DNA from: Lytechinus pictus
Taxonomy: Eukaryota
Reading direction: 5' to 3'
Assembly (NCBI RefSeq): GCF_037042905.1
Contig: NC_087245.1
Coordinates: 41,170,001 to 41,234,000, forward strand
DNA length: 64,000 nucleotides
Program-made: the position numbers and the translations under genes
Shown: piece by piece, positions 24,346 to 39,257 of the stretch
How positions within the stretch are numbered: position 1 is the stretch's first letter
Layout: each line of letters opens with the position of its first letter
Notes under the pieces: generated by a model
What the model was told of the DNA's origin: nothing
Database searches by the model: none
What the model saw: the letters and a program-made list of their open reading frames with translations, nothing else

Positions 24346-26980
24346 CATCGCCACCTACCTAGATAAATACTATTTCACTTACTTATTAACTTACGCTTCT
24401 GCAGTTGTTTCACGTTTTATTTTATGTATTTTTTCACCAAAATAAGCGTAAATGGGACACCGAACTCTAAATTAATTTGATCAGAATGAAAAGGTGGACT
24501 GTACAAAACAGTTACCATGGTAATCGGTTGTTTAATAGTACCTTACATGTAGAGCATTTGGGAAAATACATTTATGTTTCCAAGACATAGTGAACAAAAC
24601 TGTGGGCAAATGAGGGGGAGTGGGGGTGATAATGTCACATTTATTTATCTATTGTATATATTTCAGATGTCATAAAATTAAACCCACTGGATAGGTCAAC
24701 TTATCAGTTGTTGAATAACAACAGCTCGACATTTGCATACAAGACCTCATGTATAATTTATTACTTTTTCCCTATAATCCATTAAACTTGAAACACCATA
24801 ACTAAGTTATGTATCATCCGATTAGTAATATCATATGGCCCACGTTTAATCATTGTTACAGACCTATACAACAGTTGATTTAGCTTTGATCTATCTCACA
24901 TGGAAGAGACAGATGCGGATCGGAGATTCCGTTACAAGTGGAACAACACCAATAAATGCGGGCCCCAAAAAGTAAATAAAACAGGGGTGCCAGGACAATG
25001 AAAGACGACTTAAAGAGACATGATTGTTTTTCTTTTGAATAAGACTGGTATTATAGTAAATCTACCCAGATCTACCATTTCATATTTATCTTTTTCTTTT
25101 CTCCACTTCCCCCTCTCTTCTAACCAATTTTCCCCCCCACTTTTCTTCTTTTTTTTATACATTATTTCAATTCCATAGCTCAAAGTTTATTTTCATAGAT
25201 ACACGCACATGTATAAAATGTCATGGTTTACTTTTAACTTTTTCAATACATGACCTGATAGTTGAAATTCTACGTCACTATGTAATTAGGGTAATTGTTT
25301 TGGTCTAAGAAGAACAAATATTATATATACTATGAAATATGTAAATTTATTTTTAGAACCATAGCCCGAAGATAAACAGAGTAAATATCGGAAATCTTCA
25401 TGTGTGTGCGTGTAGTTTGAAAATCGGAATTTACTTTGAAAAAAGTACGTTTCTTTTCTGACTTGTTCACTTTCTCAGACTACGGTGAGGTTGTGTGTGT
25501 TTGTGTATGTGTGTTTGCATAGTGTAAGGGTGACTGTATGTATGTGTATTGGAGTGGGGTGGGGTGGAGTGTACAGTGGTACCCCCGAATGACCTACTGA
25601 GATGAGCGATACAATTATACTCCAGTGACATAGCTTACGTCACTGTGCAGTGTACCTCGTAAATGATTAATGAGTATTGTGTGTCGCGCATGCATTGATT
25701 ACGACATATCATACACAGACAATATGGGTAGGGGTGCCCCATGACCATTTCGACGGGGATGTCTTGTTTTTAGTTCAATCGTGAAATGATTGTTGTATAA
25801 TTTAAATAAAGAAGACACAAGAACCAGTTAGGCGCTGAGAACCCGATATCCCAAATCATCCTCAAAACCTTATCAAACGAGGAATTTGAACATCTGTTTC
25901 CGATATGCTGACATCATTTTGATAAGGGTGTGCAAATATCAACAATTTGGGCCATATCTTTGTAAAAAAAATGAATAATTCATACAAATGAAACTACCCG
26001 ACTTATATCATTATATATAGGAGCATAAATAGAATGGCGTTGGAAGATATACAAATATATTCGAAGGATATACGAAAAATAGACAAAAAAGCGACTTGAA
26101 ATTATGTGCATTCTAAATGTCATTATAATGTCAGCCATTCCGATATTTCTAAATCCATTTTCTGTATTTTTCCTATTTATCTATCTATTTATAATATATT
26201 TGTTATTGATTGATTAACTTTATTATTTTCATTTATTTTATTTATTTCATTATATTTATTTGTCTATTTATACATTTATGTACTTCTTTTCTTGATTTTT
26301 ATTCTTTTTAGGGGGATTATTTATTCAAAGCCAATTATGACTTTTCGATACTTTTCTTTTATGTAGGTCCGATGTGAAATGAATATAATAATTATGCATG
26401 CGCCTCACAGATGTATTTATTTTAAAGTTGTCATAATTAAGATTCCACATACATTGCTCTTTTATTCTGTCCATTGAATGGAAATAACACGCGATTATTA
26501 TGATGATAATGACGATGGGTAACATTAATCTACTTGCTATTATTAAACTGATTTTGTTTTAGCAAATAAGTCGGAAATATTCACTCCTCATCAATAACTG
26601 TTCCGAAGAAGCCCAATATCTTCGATTCAATACTCTTTAAGGTAATACAAAGGCATTCATGACGTCAGTGGTAAAAGAGCTGTAGGATGTATTATCATGT
26701 TCACGAATTGAATTGCGGTCATGTCAAAACTAAGTAGAAAGTAATGATGTCTAGTGCAATAGAATTCCTGTCTGTCTAACATGAATATTGGGGCCATGCT
26801 CAATATACCAAATGTATGTAAAACCTCACCCATTGGTAATTGGATGATTTGAAATTTCCTGGTTCAAATTAAAAGTCCTGAGCAAAATTGGAAGCAATAA
26901 AAGTAGTGGGCTAATGTCTATACAACAGCAGTAATGTATACAGTAGTACGTGATAGCAGAAGTAATAGTAAAAGTAGATT

Positions 26981-26984
<4 letters not shown>

Positions 26985-27040
<56 letters not shown>

Positions 27041-27119
27041 ATGTGACGTTGCTTGTGACGGTGGCGGCGATGGTTGTAGTAGTAGTGGTAGTGGTGGTGG
27101 TGATGGAAATGTAGAAGTA

Positions 27120-27157
<38 letters not shown>

Positions 27158-27517
27158 TTAGGAGTAGAAGTAGTAGTAGTAATAGTAGTAGAAGGGAATT
27201 CGTCGTCGTCAAGTATAATAATAATAATGATACGCAGTTCTTGTATAGTGCATATCACATTATGGCATAATGTCCAAGCTTCCAAAGGACTTGGACATTA
27301 TTACCACGGGTGTAGCTCAAGCAGCCTTCCAGCGCTCAGTGCATTTCAAGGAATAAATTCCTGCCAGGTACCCATTCATCTCACCTGGGTTGAGTGCAGC
27401 ACAATGTGGATGAATTTCTTGCTGAAGGAAATTACGCCATGGCTGGGATTCGAATCCACGACCCTCTGTTTCAAAGTCAGAAGACTAATCCACTGGGCCA
27501 CAATAGTAGTAATAGTG

Positions 27518-27562
<45 letters not shown>

Positions 27563-27693
27563 ATAGTAGTAGTAATAGTATAGTAGTAGTAGTAGTAGTA
27601 GTGGTAGTAGTAGTAGTAGTAGTAGTAGTAGTATATAGTAGTAGTAATAGTGGTAGAAGCAGAAGAAAAAGAAAAAGTAGTAGTAGTAGTAGC

Positions 27694-27740
<47 letters not shown>

Positions 27741-27797
27741 AAGTAGTAGTAATAGTAGTTGAAGCAGTAGTAGTATATTATCAGTAGTAAAAGTGGT

Positions 27798-27895
<98 letters not shown>

Positions 27896-27908
27896 TAGTA
27901 GTAGTACT

Positions 27909-27948
<40 letters not shown>

Positions 27949-27950
27949 AA
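26985..27950. repeat. (AGT)n microsatellite field, with an (AGC)n block, interrupted by a SINE
   Basis: Direct reading; source of the poly-S/V/Y/T/L ORFs. Confidence 0.97.
27214..27502 (-). mobile_element. Near full-length tRNA-derived SINE
   Basis: Minus strand: A box TGGCCCAGTGG, B box GGATTCGAATCC, body shared with the 15228 copy, (ATT)n tail. Confidence 0.9.
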
Positions 27951-30090
27951 GAAATACTGGATAGGGCCTATATGTCCACATGGCATATGAACATGAAAGG
28001 CATTGCGGAGTATTTTTAAAACGTTGCTGTTTCGTGAAGTTTGAGCGGATCGAATATGTTATTTGTACATTATAGTTACAAATAGAGTACCGTATGAAGA
28101 CAGTATGATATTAGATGTGTATATGACTGTATGCCACGGGGATACCTCATCGGATGGTACTGGTGACTGGTGTCAATTACATTGCGATGCACAGTGGGAC
28201 ACCGTGGATGGTATTTGTAGCAGACTGGTGGTATGCATTATGTTGGTAGCCATGGTGGTAATTGTGAGTTACTGGTGTGTAAGTAGCAATAGAGTGGTGG
28301 CGGGAAGACGTATAAGTGGTGGAAAAAGTGGTGGAGGGGTTGTTTTATCGCAGATTGAAGTCGTGGTAGAAGTAGAAGTGCATTCGGATTAATTAGGTGG
28401 TGCTGGTGGTAGTAGTAATGGTGATGGTGGTGGATTTGGTGATGGTAGTGGTGTTGTGGCGATGACGGTGGTGGCGCATCTGTTGCTATGATGAGGGTGA
28501 TGTTGAAGGTTAACATATAGGCCTACATGCATGGCATGTATATTGTTAAAGTGGTATACTTGGGATTTGTGGCGTTCATTACACGACGATGATGGTAGGC
28601 CGGGTGAAGCCGTTCGGCAATAACAATGTAGGCATTGGTATCGTTGTTGTTGTTGTTGATGGTGGTGGTGGTGGTATTGGTGGCAAGAATGGCTGGTCTG
28701 ATAAATTGACGAAGGTGGCATGCAAGGATGGCACAGGTTGCGGAGCCAAAGGGGAAGGGTGGTAGGATTCGGAAGTGGTGTTATCCTCTCTTTTCGGCAA
28801 TATAGATAACAATGATGGTGTGGAAATAGTGGCATTAGTTATTCGCAGCTGTGAACGATTGTCAAAGGTTTCTTTTGAGAGGATATGGGGAACAGCCCTC
28901 ACACCAATGAACCCGGCAAGGGGGGAGTGAAAGGAAAAATGAATAGGGGGGCAAATGAAGGAAGGCGAAAGAGAGAGGTTGAGATTTAAAGAGAATGAAC
29001 CACTACACGGACTCTCCATTATTAAGAATTTGTAATACTATTCGCTATTTTTTTTTAGTATAAAAGGCATGGAATAAGGTGACCATGCTGCGGTGTTTGA
29101 TCATTGTTTAAGTGGCCCGAACATGGAGTCGTGTGTGTGTGCAGCGCTTTGTAACCGAAAGGAAAAGGCGCTATATCAAATAAAATTAGCTTTGGAATGG
29201 ATTGGATTGTATATGTAAATGAACCATGGGGAACTTAACTCTGACTTCATTGTTTTTACAGAAAGATATAACGTTGATATATTTGCATACATTGCATTTC
29301 ATTTCATTTTTTTCTTCTTTTGATTATTTGTATAAGTACTACTAACATTATTATTTTCATCATTACTCATATTTCTTTATTTTCCTTGACAGAACCTTAG
29401 ATATACATAAACTTTATCATGCACTTCTTCCAAATCTGTGAGCATTTATTTTCCGCTTCTTTTTCTGTCCATCAACATTGTATTGAATAATTTCCGTTAT
29501 AATGTTCTATTTTGATTTTCACCATATTTTTTCCACATGGCTCATGTTTTATTACATTTTTTTAAACAGCTTTCAAATTGATGTGCGTCCCTTGGTATGG
29601 TATATATCTTTTTATTGTATATACACCGCAGAGCAATATTATAAGATGCACTAGGGTACTTATGAAAAATATCAGACGTTCCGTGAAGGATTTTTTTCGA
29701 TGTAGGCCTACCCCACATCCATATAAAACTGCATTCAAATTCGATAGACTTGTATACAAGCTGCAATGATGTTTCATTTTATCATTTTCATATCACAAAC
29801 ATTAGCATGCACTATCAGATAGGACTGGCAATGTTTTATCACATAGGTATGTTAAAGACTAACAATGTTAAAGACGTCATGACAATAACAGATATACATT
29901 AGGGCGAGGCGATAGACAAACATGAGATAACTGAACATTCATAAGCAATGAAGTTTACATCTTTACGGATTGAGTGCATAACAGAGCGTGCGACCATTTC
30001 ACATTTATTCATGCACTATCTACATCAGATGTAAACTTATTATTGAGCCATCACTTCCGAACATGCTGTATTCAAAATCAAAACACCTAC

Positions 30091-30455
30091 CTTGGATGCT
30101 TAATTCCTTGTGAGTTTTTATGAAAGCGTCCCGTCGGGCGTAGTTAATGTTTTCTTTCCGTATGAAGTCCGCTACCAGTCAAATGGTATTCCAGAAAGGT
30201 TACTTGGGTCGTGTTATGCCCTACGCCATGAGTTTTAGCACAGAAAGACCGTGGATGATCCGCATGCAAGCGAGGCTGCGATAAGCGAAAGACGGAGGGG
30301 AGAGTATACTGTGCGTGTGATATAACCGACTATACCCCGTTCTCGCTCTCACACGCGTTGCACTAATCGAGATTCCAGCCCCGTTAATAATGAAGTATTT
30401 GGGTCCGACATTCGATCGCGAGGTATATGGTATGCGTTAGGGCATCCGAAGGGAG
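30091..30455 (-). other. Candidate first non-coding exon of the Ig gene
   Basis: CpG-enriched segment ending in donor AAG|GTAGGT at 30091/30090; 5' end inferred from the TATA box. Confidence 0.45.
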
Positions 30456-30480
30456 GTGATAGGGTCCAGCCCGCCATGTC

Positions 30481-30486
30481 TTTATA
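30481..30486 (-). promoter_or_regulatory. Candidate TATA box
   Basis: gcTATAAAga on the minus strand at the upstream edge of the CpG-rich candidate exon. Confidence 0.35.
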
Positions 30487-32631
30487 GCTGTCACCGGTCG
30501 CTGATCGGCTCGCATAGACAAATAATCAACCCTCCCGCGCTCTATACTCTAAATCATTCGTCAAATTTACCCAGTAATGCGTGTTAACAAATATTTCTGA
30601 CATACCAAATGGACGGGATCAATTCAATACAGATATGTCGGGAGATATGTAGATGCTACTGCATGTCTATCAGCCATGCTTTACTCTAATTGGAAGTTTG
30701 AAAACTTTTAGACCGTGTATACTTAAAATTGTGAATACTTATTCTCATAGGAGCTGTTGTATCACATTTATTCATTTGGCCTGTATAGGAGATCTGCTTT
30801 TGGTTTCATAGACATAATATAATTTCTAGAAGATAATGAGGATTTGTTGATTGGGAATTAGACATGACAAAGATGCCCCCTTAAAAAAATCACTCCCTCG
30901 TTATTTGACCGATATGAAATTTTATGTAGTTTATCTTCCTTCATACTTTGATATTTCAAACATGTGTATAATCATAATTCTTTTGATGTTTCATCATGAA
31001 ACATAAACATATACAAAACACAAATGCACTGTATTGAAACATATTTTATATTTTACCATTGAAGAAATAAATCAAACATTCATAACATATAATCGTATTA
31101 TATGAAACCTATACACTTAAATATAATAATAATTAAATAACGTATAGGCACATAATGATACAAAGATGTATAGGCCTATATGCCTATAAACATATAAAAT
31201 TCATGATTAGAATATAATCAACCACTCTGTTTATATTGATATTTTTATCCTGATGGAATATATTTGATAATGATAATATTGATAATAATGATTGTGGTTT
31301 CTAAAACTATTTAACTACGATATTAATATTTAACATGATTGTTTAAAATATGCCAATATAAATTTTTACCGTATTAATACGATCATTGTTAAGAGAAACC
31401 TTAACTTTTCTGATTATCATTATTCCTTTTGCTACAGGAACTGACATTTGTGTGCACTGAAATGATAACGTAGGCCTACTTGCTCTTCATCACCCTTTAA
31501 AACTCTTACTATTAAATGTCAGCTTTGGAAGTGATAACGAACGGACAGTTGGTGTGATCAAAGGATTTGCGCCAAAACAACATTGAACTTGCAGTTCTCA
31601 CTTTTGTAAGCCGAGTATATAGAACGAGATCCAACGAGATTTTATTGCCAGCATTAATTGCCTCTTGAATCATGGTCTATGATGGGTAAACAGGGGTGAA
31701 TGGCAGATATTGGGTGCATGTGACCGTGTGTGTGAGGGGGGGGGGGTGTTTCGTGAGAGAGGGAGAGAGAGGAAAGGAATGAGAGGGAGAGAGATTAGGG
31801 GGAAGGACGAGGATTCGAATACAGATACTATAGGAGACAGATTCATTTCTTGGATGTGGGTGTGCATGCGTGAGAGGGGGGGGGGGGGGGGGAGAGAGAG
31901 AACGAGAGGGAGTGTGAGGCTGCGTGTTGTTACATTTTGTTTCAAGACCGTGAAATTGTATGATTTATTGATTGATTGATTGACTTTATTCACTCACGAT
32001 TAAAAACAAAATACAATAGTTACCCGCAATCAGCATATAGCTGTTTTTCAGCGAGGCCGTGGTTAAAAGAAAATACAAGAATACACAAGTTATTAAACAG
32101 TTAGACATTTCAAAAATAGGTATGAAATGTGATAATTCATATGATATCACGAAAAACATATTGAAAGATGTACAAGAGGGTGCGTGTGTGTGTATGCGGG
32201 TGTGTGGGTGTGTGCATGTGTGGTAAAGACGAAGATGGTCATTTGCTGCCTGTTTGTAGAATCAATTATAAATTATTCGAATAAGCAAGAAATTTAATAA
32301 AAATCATTCACTGAAGGTTCCGATCAACCTCCAGTTCCATACAAATCAGAGACTGTGCTTTTTCATCAAAACATTGTGCTGTGATATTGGGTGCCTGAAA
32401 ATGATTACCTTTAAAATCATTTTGTCGATCCCTTGCTAGGGCGGATGGTAGTTACCTCCTATATTCCCAATCTACAATGAGGAATTAAAAATTACCCACA
32501 AGCAGGAACTGGAAGAAGGTCGGGGTCAGATGATAATGAGTTAAGACATTGAGGGGGTTGGGTTACAGGTCGACCAACAAGAGGAGATGGTATTACTTAC
32601 AGAACCAATACCAGTGGCGGCTACGGCTTAA

Positions 32632-33228
32632 AGGACAAGTCCACCCCAACAAAAATTTGATTAGAATAAAAAAGAAAAATCCAACAAGCATAACACTGAA
32701 AATTTCATCAAAATCGGATGTAAAATAAGAAAGTTATGACATTTTAAAGTTTCGCTTAATTTCACAAAACAGTTATATGCACATCCTGGCTTGTATGCAA
32801 ATTGGCAGACTAATGACTTCACCCACTCACTATTTCTTTTGTATTTTATTATATGAAATATGAACAATTCTAATTTTCTCCTCAATGTCATGTGAAACAA
32901 AATTTTATTCCTCCCTGTGGAGCTACCGTTATTTTAACACTTATGGTTAAGTCAAGTTGGTCCTAATTGTCAGATCTGTAAAAATTGAAATATCGTATAA
33001 TTCAAACAATAAAAAAACAAAAGAAATAGTGAATGAAGGACATCATCGACTCTCTCATTTGCATATCGCTGAGTTGGGCATTCAACTGTTTTGTGAAAAA
33101 TAAGCGAAATTTAAAAATGTCATAACTTTCTTATTTTACATCCGATTTCGATGAAATTCGCTGCATTGTGTTTGTTTGATTTTTCTCTATCGATTCAAAT
33201 CAACAATTTTCTGGGGTGGACTTGACCT
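32632..33228. mobile_element. ~600 bp palindromic MITE with TTAA TSD (Kolobok-like AG termini)
   Basis: TTAA|aggacaagtccacccca ... tggggtggacttgacct|TTAA; arms mirror each other for over 200 bp. Confidence 0.9.
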
Positions 33229-33313
33229 TTAAGTGAATCTTCAGACTGAGAAGGGAATGGAGGTAAGACATATAATTTAGTGACTCATTAGTCATTACAT
33301 ATTTAAACACTAA

Positions 33314-33617
33314 GGCCCATATTCTGAAGTCGGGTTTAAGTTAAACTCAGGTTTAAAGTTGTGGTTTAAGTATGGGAAGCCAAAAGTATCAAATTTGTCA
33401 TTAAGTTGTATGTTTCTTATGTTTACTGTGCTCTTTCCAGATTCATCGATGGTGAAGCCAATAATCTTTTTATACTTCCTAGACAATTATGAATGATTTG
33501 AGAGCCAAATGAGCTGAAGTATGATATCTCTACTATTAGTGTTTTATATAACAATTGGCTCGCCAAACTTAAACCACAACTTGGGTTTAAGTTAAACCCG
33601 ACTTCAGAATACGGGCC
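33314..33617. mobile_element. PIF/Harbinger-type MITE
   Basis: TAA|ggcccatattctgaagtcgggtttaa ... ttaaacccgacttcagaatacgggcc|TAA. Confidence 0.9.
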
Positions 33618-36600
33618 TAAGAATTTAACATTAAAACACATGCATTATACGGAAGTTGGGAGATTTTAAAGAAGAAGTTACTTGGGCAGCAAAAATAGAA
33701 TGTGAAATCAAAGTGAGGGAGGGGCAAACACATAAATATGTTATGAAAACTGGCCATCTTACAACTGAAAGAGGGGGGGGGGGGCTTGAAGTTGAAAAAA
33801 ATCATTGTATTCGGTATTATTTTATGAAAGTCTCTTCCAGTCAGTTCCAGAGTCTCTTAAAACATGCTCGTCTCTTTACTCATAAAAGGCATATATTAAA
33901 TCCATATTATTTCCAGAATATTTCAAGTAAATATTTCGTGTCAATGTTTTAGTTTATCATGAAATCATTCTTCATTCGATTTAATCAGCATTATTATTTC
34001 GACCATGAGCCATCTAGCCTTCATCTTCACCATTGTCACCATCATCATTAGACAAATTAGGATTTTAAATAATCAAAGAATATATAGTCCTATCTCCCTG
34101 GAAGATAAAGAAACTGGTCCATAATCGGTTTATATAGTCGCTTTGCAGTCGAGCAATTATCGCGATCATATATTATTTGCTCCAGATCCATAGACATTGC
34201 TAAATAAAAAAAGAGGAAACAATGAAAATAAATTTTAATGAAATTTAATTGTCGTAATAATTCATTTATTCGAAAAGAAACCGTACGAGGATCGCACGGT
34301 GATAGTGCGGTCACTATAAAGGAAATGAGGGGTGTCGATGTTATCTTCAGTAGATCGCTCGCGCGGATAACGCGCCTCGACTCCACGGTCATGAATACAG
34401 TCATACACAAATCTAACGCGGAATTAACACACACACACACCCTCACCCTCACACACACGCACACACCCCGACTCACCCCACACTCAAACACACGCACAAA
34501 GTAAAAGACCTTCCCTTCAACATGAAGTGATTAGGCCTATACACTATACTCCACTACTTCCCATTTGTCATGCGCAGACGATAAAGTAATAGGCTGCTGA
34601 ACTAAATTTGGGCAGGCACGATAGGCTATACTTCCCCGCCAACCCAAGACACCCTACCCCTGCAACACATCACGTGACACGGTTTGGGTTACACGAGACC
34701 CCAGCCGTTGTCAATCTCACACGCATTTCTTTGAGTATTATTTCCTGTCAACGTAAGCATGTCGATGTGTTTGACTTGTATGTGTTTGTGCGGGGCTGTG
34801 TGAGGGAGTCAAAATAGTGGTGAATGATGGCTTCTGATTTTTATCTTCATTTTTGTATCCTTTCTGTGAGTTTATGTCAAGAGAAACAAATAAAACGTCT
34901 TTTACAAAATACTGGGCATATTTCGAGCTTCCCATGACTTTAAGGGTTTCAAGGAACAACATTATTTTAAATAAGTAGGCCTAATTATAAAACAAAAAAA
35001 TCAACTTCACAGAAAAGACAGGAGAATTCCCAATAGAAAATGTTGCAAAGAAATGTAACGTTTATGCTTATACTGTTTGGATGTAGAGAGGGTGGAGCAT
35101 AAACTTAGAAATCTCCATACATAATATGTATGGAGATTTCTAAGTTTTTAGCGATAGAACGATAATAACATGAATTGAATTGCAATAGATCAATACAACT
35201 TCAGGAAACTAGCCCAAAGTCAAAGGTCACTTGGGGTCAATGAACTGGTATCTACTCATACAAAATTCGAACAAAGTTGAAAATTATAGGTCATTATAGT
35301 TTGATTGACTTGACGGTGGTCACTGGGTCAAGGTCAAGGGCTCGTTTCATTACTTTGATACAAATTATTACTTTGTTTAATTTCTTTGATAAAGAATTGA
35401 TTTAACTTGTGTGAGATGGTAATTGGATACCACTATTGATAATTGTTTCCAAGTCAATGTTAAATGTCATTTTAGATCAATGAACTTTGGATGATTTTTA
35501 TTCACATAATGTATGCCTATTTTTTTTCTCAAATTTTGACCCTAAAATCAAATAAGTTTGATTGATTGATTGATTGATTGAATTTATTCTTCTTCATTTC
35601 AAACAAATTTACAAAGTAAGTAAGAACAAATCAGAATATGAATAGCAGAAATGAAAAAAGGGAACTTACTGGAAAGCATCGCTTGTTTATGTGAGTCCCC
35701 TGAAATAAATACTGTTTGTTTGTTTGTTTTCATATTCCGCGTGCGGCTTGTATAACATGTATGTGGACGGTCATGTATCAGCAGTTATGTTAGTGAATAG
35801 AACAGGCAATTCATTGAAGGTCAAATGTAATTTTAGTTTTAAAAAAATAGATGAGAATTAATATTTTCTTATATAGTTTATAAGTAAAACGATCATTAAG
35901 CTTGTCTGTCAAATATAGTTCTGTGCGTGCATGTATAGGCCTATATACACGTTTTAAAAATATATTTCTATTTCTTTATTACATCACAAATGGGGAAAAT
36001 TATTGTAAAAAGTCAGCAATTTTTCCTCAAAGGGACAATAAGACCACTCAACAGCTAGGGCATCCAGAAATGTCCCCTTTGGGTCTTGGATTATTTTAAA
36101 GGGTAAATGGAAAATTTTATGATGTAAAAATGAATGTAGTAATGCAGGTAAGAGACTGTCAGAGGTGTTCCAAATGCGTACTTCAGTTTAACATATATTG
36201 TTAATAATTTAAGTTCTAGGAATTTCATTTTCAAGTTTCTGTATTAAAGCATTTCAATATGCCTTTTGAATCGATTTGGCTGGGTAGATATGGCTTTATT
36301 GTAAAGAACTTCGGGTATTGTCATTAGACATCACATTTTCGCAGAAATTACACTATTTTTTTTCAAAGCATCATCGGGCAAGAATTTTCGAGAACATTCC
36401 GAGTATAGTCATGTTGACTTCAGTTCAAATAGGCCATACTAGGATACAGGGAATCTTGAAATAAAATATAACTTGAGACTCAAATTGGCAATTGGCCGAC
36501 GGTATCAAAGTATTTTTGAACTAGAAATAAATGAAGCTATCATTGGGGCAAAAAAAATAAATTGTATGAAAATTGTGAAGTATATAAGACCTATACTTAA

Positions 36601-37227
36601 AAATAGTGGTTAAAGGGGGGGGAGTATTTCAAAATGCTCAGCCGCATTGAGACTCTCGTCATGAAACTGACCCTGGCTCTAAAACACATGGGTTTTTTTT
36701 TACTCTACCAGAGACTATCCAACGTGACGAGTGGCAAATAAGCTACAAGCTTTAGGTAACTGCACCCAAATTGAGGCACGTATCCAGAATTTTGCATCCC
36801 AAGGGGCCCAACCTAATTTTGGCGCCCCTGTGAATTTTTCGCCAGGCAATCATAGGTGCCTTAAATGTATGTTGAATTATATTATTTCATAATCACATGA
36901 TAAAAGGCAATCGAAGATCACTTTTTTATGTGTTTATGAAAAAATAAATATCCACGAATATGTTGTAATGCCACTTTTTTTTAAAGAATAAATGCGACCA
37001 GAAAACATAGAATTTTAAGCACTTTGGGGTTTCAATTTAGTTTAACTTTTCATCAGAGTGGTAGGCCCTACTAAAATTATGTGTGCGGGAGCTGTAATTT
37101 CTTTACCATGGGTGCATGAATCCAGCTTTCGCCAACAAAGGGGGGGGGGGATATTTTCATCTATATATTTCCCGATCGGAAATTCTAAGCACTTTTTGCA
37201 ACCGTGAACATGATGGGTATACATATC

Positions 37228-38548
37228 CAGTGGCGTAACTATGGTGAGCAGGCGCGGATCCAGCAGGGGGCCGAGCCGGCCCCGGCCCCCCCTATTTTTT
37301 GACAGCCTGCAGAAAAAAAGTGTACTCTTTATCTTGATAGAAACTACGAAAAACAGAAAGAAAAGTAAGAAATAGGTATTATAGTAATGATTTGCAATTT
37401 ACAGCCTCGTAACGGCCGGCCCGACCCCTGAAAGGGGAAGAATTGGAAAATAAACTTTATATAGAAATTTTTGCTCACGCTTCGCGCGCGCTTTACCTAT
37501 GTAATGAATCCCATTCAAGAGGATTAAATGACACTTCATATATCCAGTTCTGATATCAATTTTACACACAATATTTTAGCTTGCACATCAAGCTTTCATT
37601 ATTTGTTTGATTTACACAAATTGTTATATCAAAATTTTCAGCTCGCATTGTTTGATTTATGAGATACCTATCCTCTTTGGAAATTCTTTCCAAAATTTGT
37701 CAAAATGCTCCTTTATCATGTCAGTATATCAAAAAATTAAGCTCGTGCTTCGCGCTCGCATTTAATTGTTTGAGACATAAAAGCTTGTTCTTTAATTTTA
37801 AATAAAAAGGCGCTTAGACTGTTCAGTTTTCAGGTCGGAATATCAAACATTTTGAGCTCGCGCTTCGCATTATTTAATTGGTGATACTTGTATCCTCTTC
37901 ATTAATCACTACAAACAGTTCTAATTGAGTCTCTTTTCACGTTACTACAATAAAATTTCGGCTCGCGCTTCGCGCTCGCATTGTTTCGTTGGATACTTAT
38001 CTTTGTTCATGATTACAAAAACTGCTCAGAATATTCAATTTTAAGGACATAAATATCAAAAAATTTAGCTCGCGCTTCGCGCTCGCATTATATATTAAGA
38101 CCACATGAGATACCTTATCTTGTTTATAACAATAAAAACTAACATATACTTAAGACTTCGATCTTTAGTTAGAACTACACCCTAAAAACCAACAAAACAA
38201 AATCAGATTATAGCGGCCAATCGACAAAAATGTTGATAAAAATATTTTTCGGCCCCCCCTTTTGGCGAAAGCTGGATCCGCCCCTGGTGAGATATGTATA
38301 CTCTTAATGGATTCCTAAAATATAGTCCTTAAAATATCCCTGTTTGGGATTATATACGAAAATTTCAGCTAGCGCTTCGCATTATTAATTTTGATCAGTG
38401 ACATACATATCCGTTTAATGGCACTGTCCTTAAAATGTCTCTATTAGGTCAATATACCTAGCAACTGAGCTCGCTTCACTAAGTGACTCAAAATTTTTGC
38501 TGGTGCCCCCCCCCCCCCCCTAATGCCGTGACCCACGGTACGCCACTG
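37228..38548. mobile_element. hAT-type non-autonomous element containing a nested element
   Basis: TIR cagtggcgta / tacgccactg; 8-bp TSD tacatatc / tccatatc (one mismatch). Confidence 0.8.
37249..38286. mobile_element. Nested non-autonomous DNA element
   Basis: TIR caggcgcggatccagc / gctggatccgcccctg; flanked by GTGAG on both sides; gctcgcgcttcgcgctcgc subrepeats. Confidence 0.8.
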
Positions 38549-39257
38549 TCCATATCCAAACAGTTGATGTGAGCGCGAAACGTGACCTGATAATTTTTGA
38601 TATTCTGACCTCAAATATTGAAAATCTTTAAGCACTATAATTAAGAATAGGATGGGTATCTATCTCAACATTTTTATGCGAGCGCGAGCTAAACAAATTT
38701 TAATGTCCGAACCAAAAACTGGAAATTCTAAGCACTTTTGGTAGTTATGAACAGGATGGGTATCTATTTGAATAATTGATGCGAGCGCGAAGCGCGAACT
38801 GAACAAATTTTGATGTACCGACTGTGTACTGACTTAAAATTGAATATTTCAAGCTCCATATCAACTTTTATAAATTGACCCCCTCAGTTTATTCACTCGT
38901 GACCCGTCTTCATATTCTTTTTACCCTCTCCTTTCCTTTTTTTCTTTCTCCCGAAGTTTTTTATTATTGCGCCGCCAATAGGGGGAAGGGGGGGGGGGGA
39001 GGCGCTGTCTTATTCTCTTGGATCCGCCTTTGCTGACCCCTGCACTTAAAAAAATCTTTTAGGATGTGGTTGATAATAGCAATGTTTCTATGAACGTACA
39101 TTATGCTAACTTTTATATTCTTGCTACTCCACAAACTGACTTAGCTCGACCACATAATGTATAAATATTATAATGCCAACACTATTATGGGAGGGGTGAC
39201 CAGCAGATCTATAGTCACAAAAGGTGTGGAAATCGAAAGATTGACATCCATCAAAAG

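Noticed and set aside
26826..29019. Poly-Ser/Thr/Tyr/Val/Leu and Pro/His-rich ORFs
   Set aside because: Translations of (AGT)n and GGT-rich low-complexity DNA; no splice structure or domain signal
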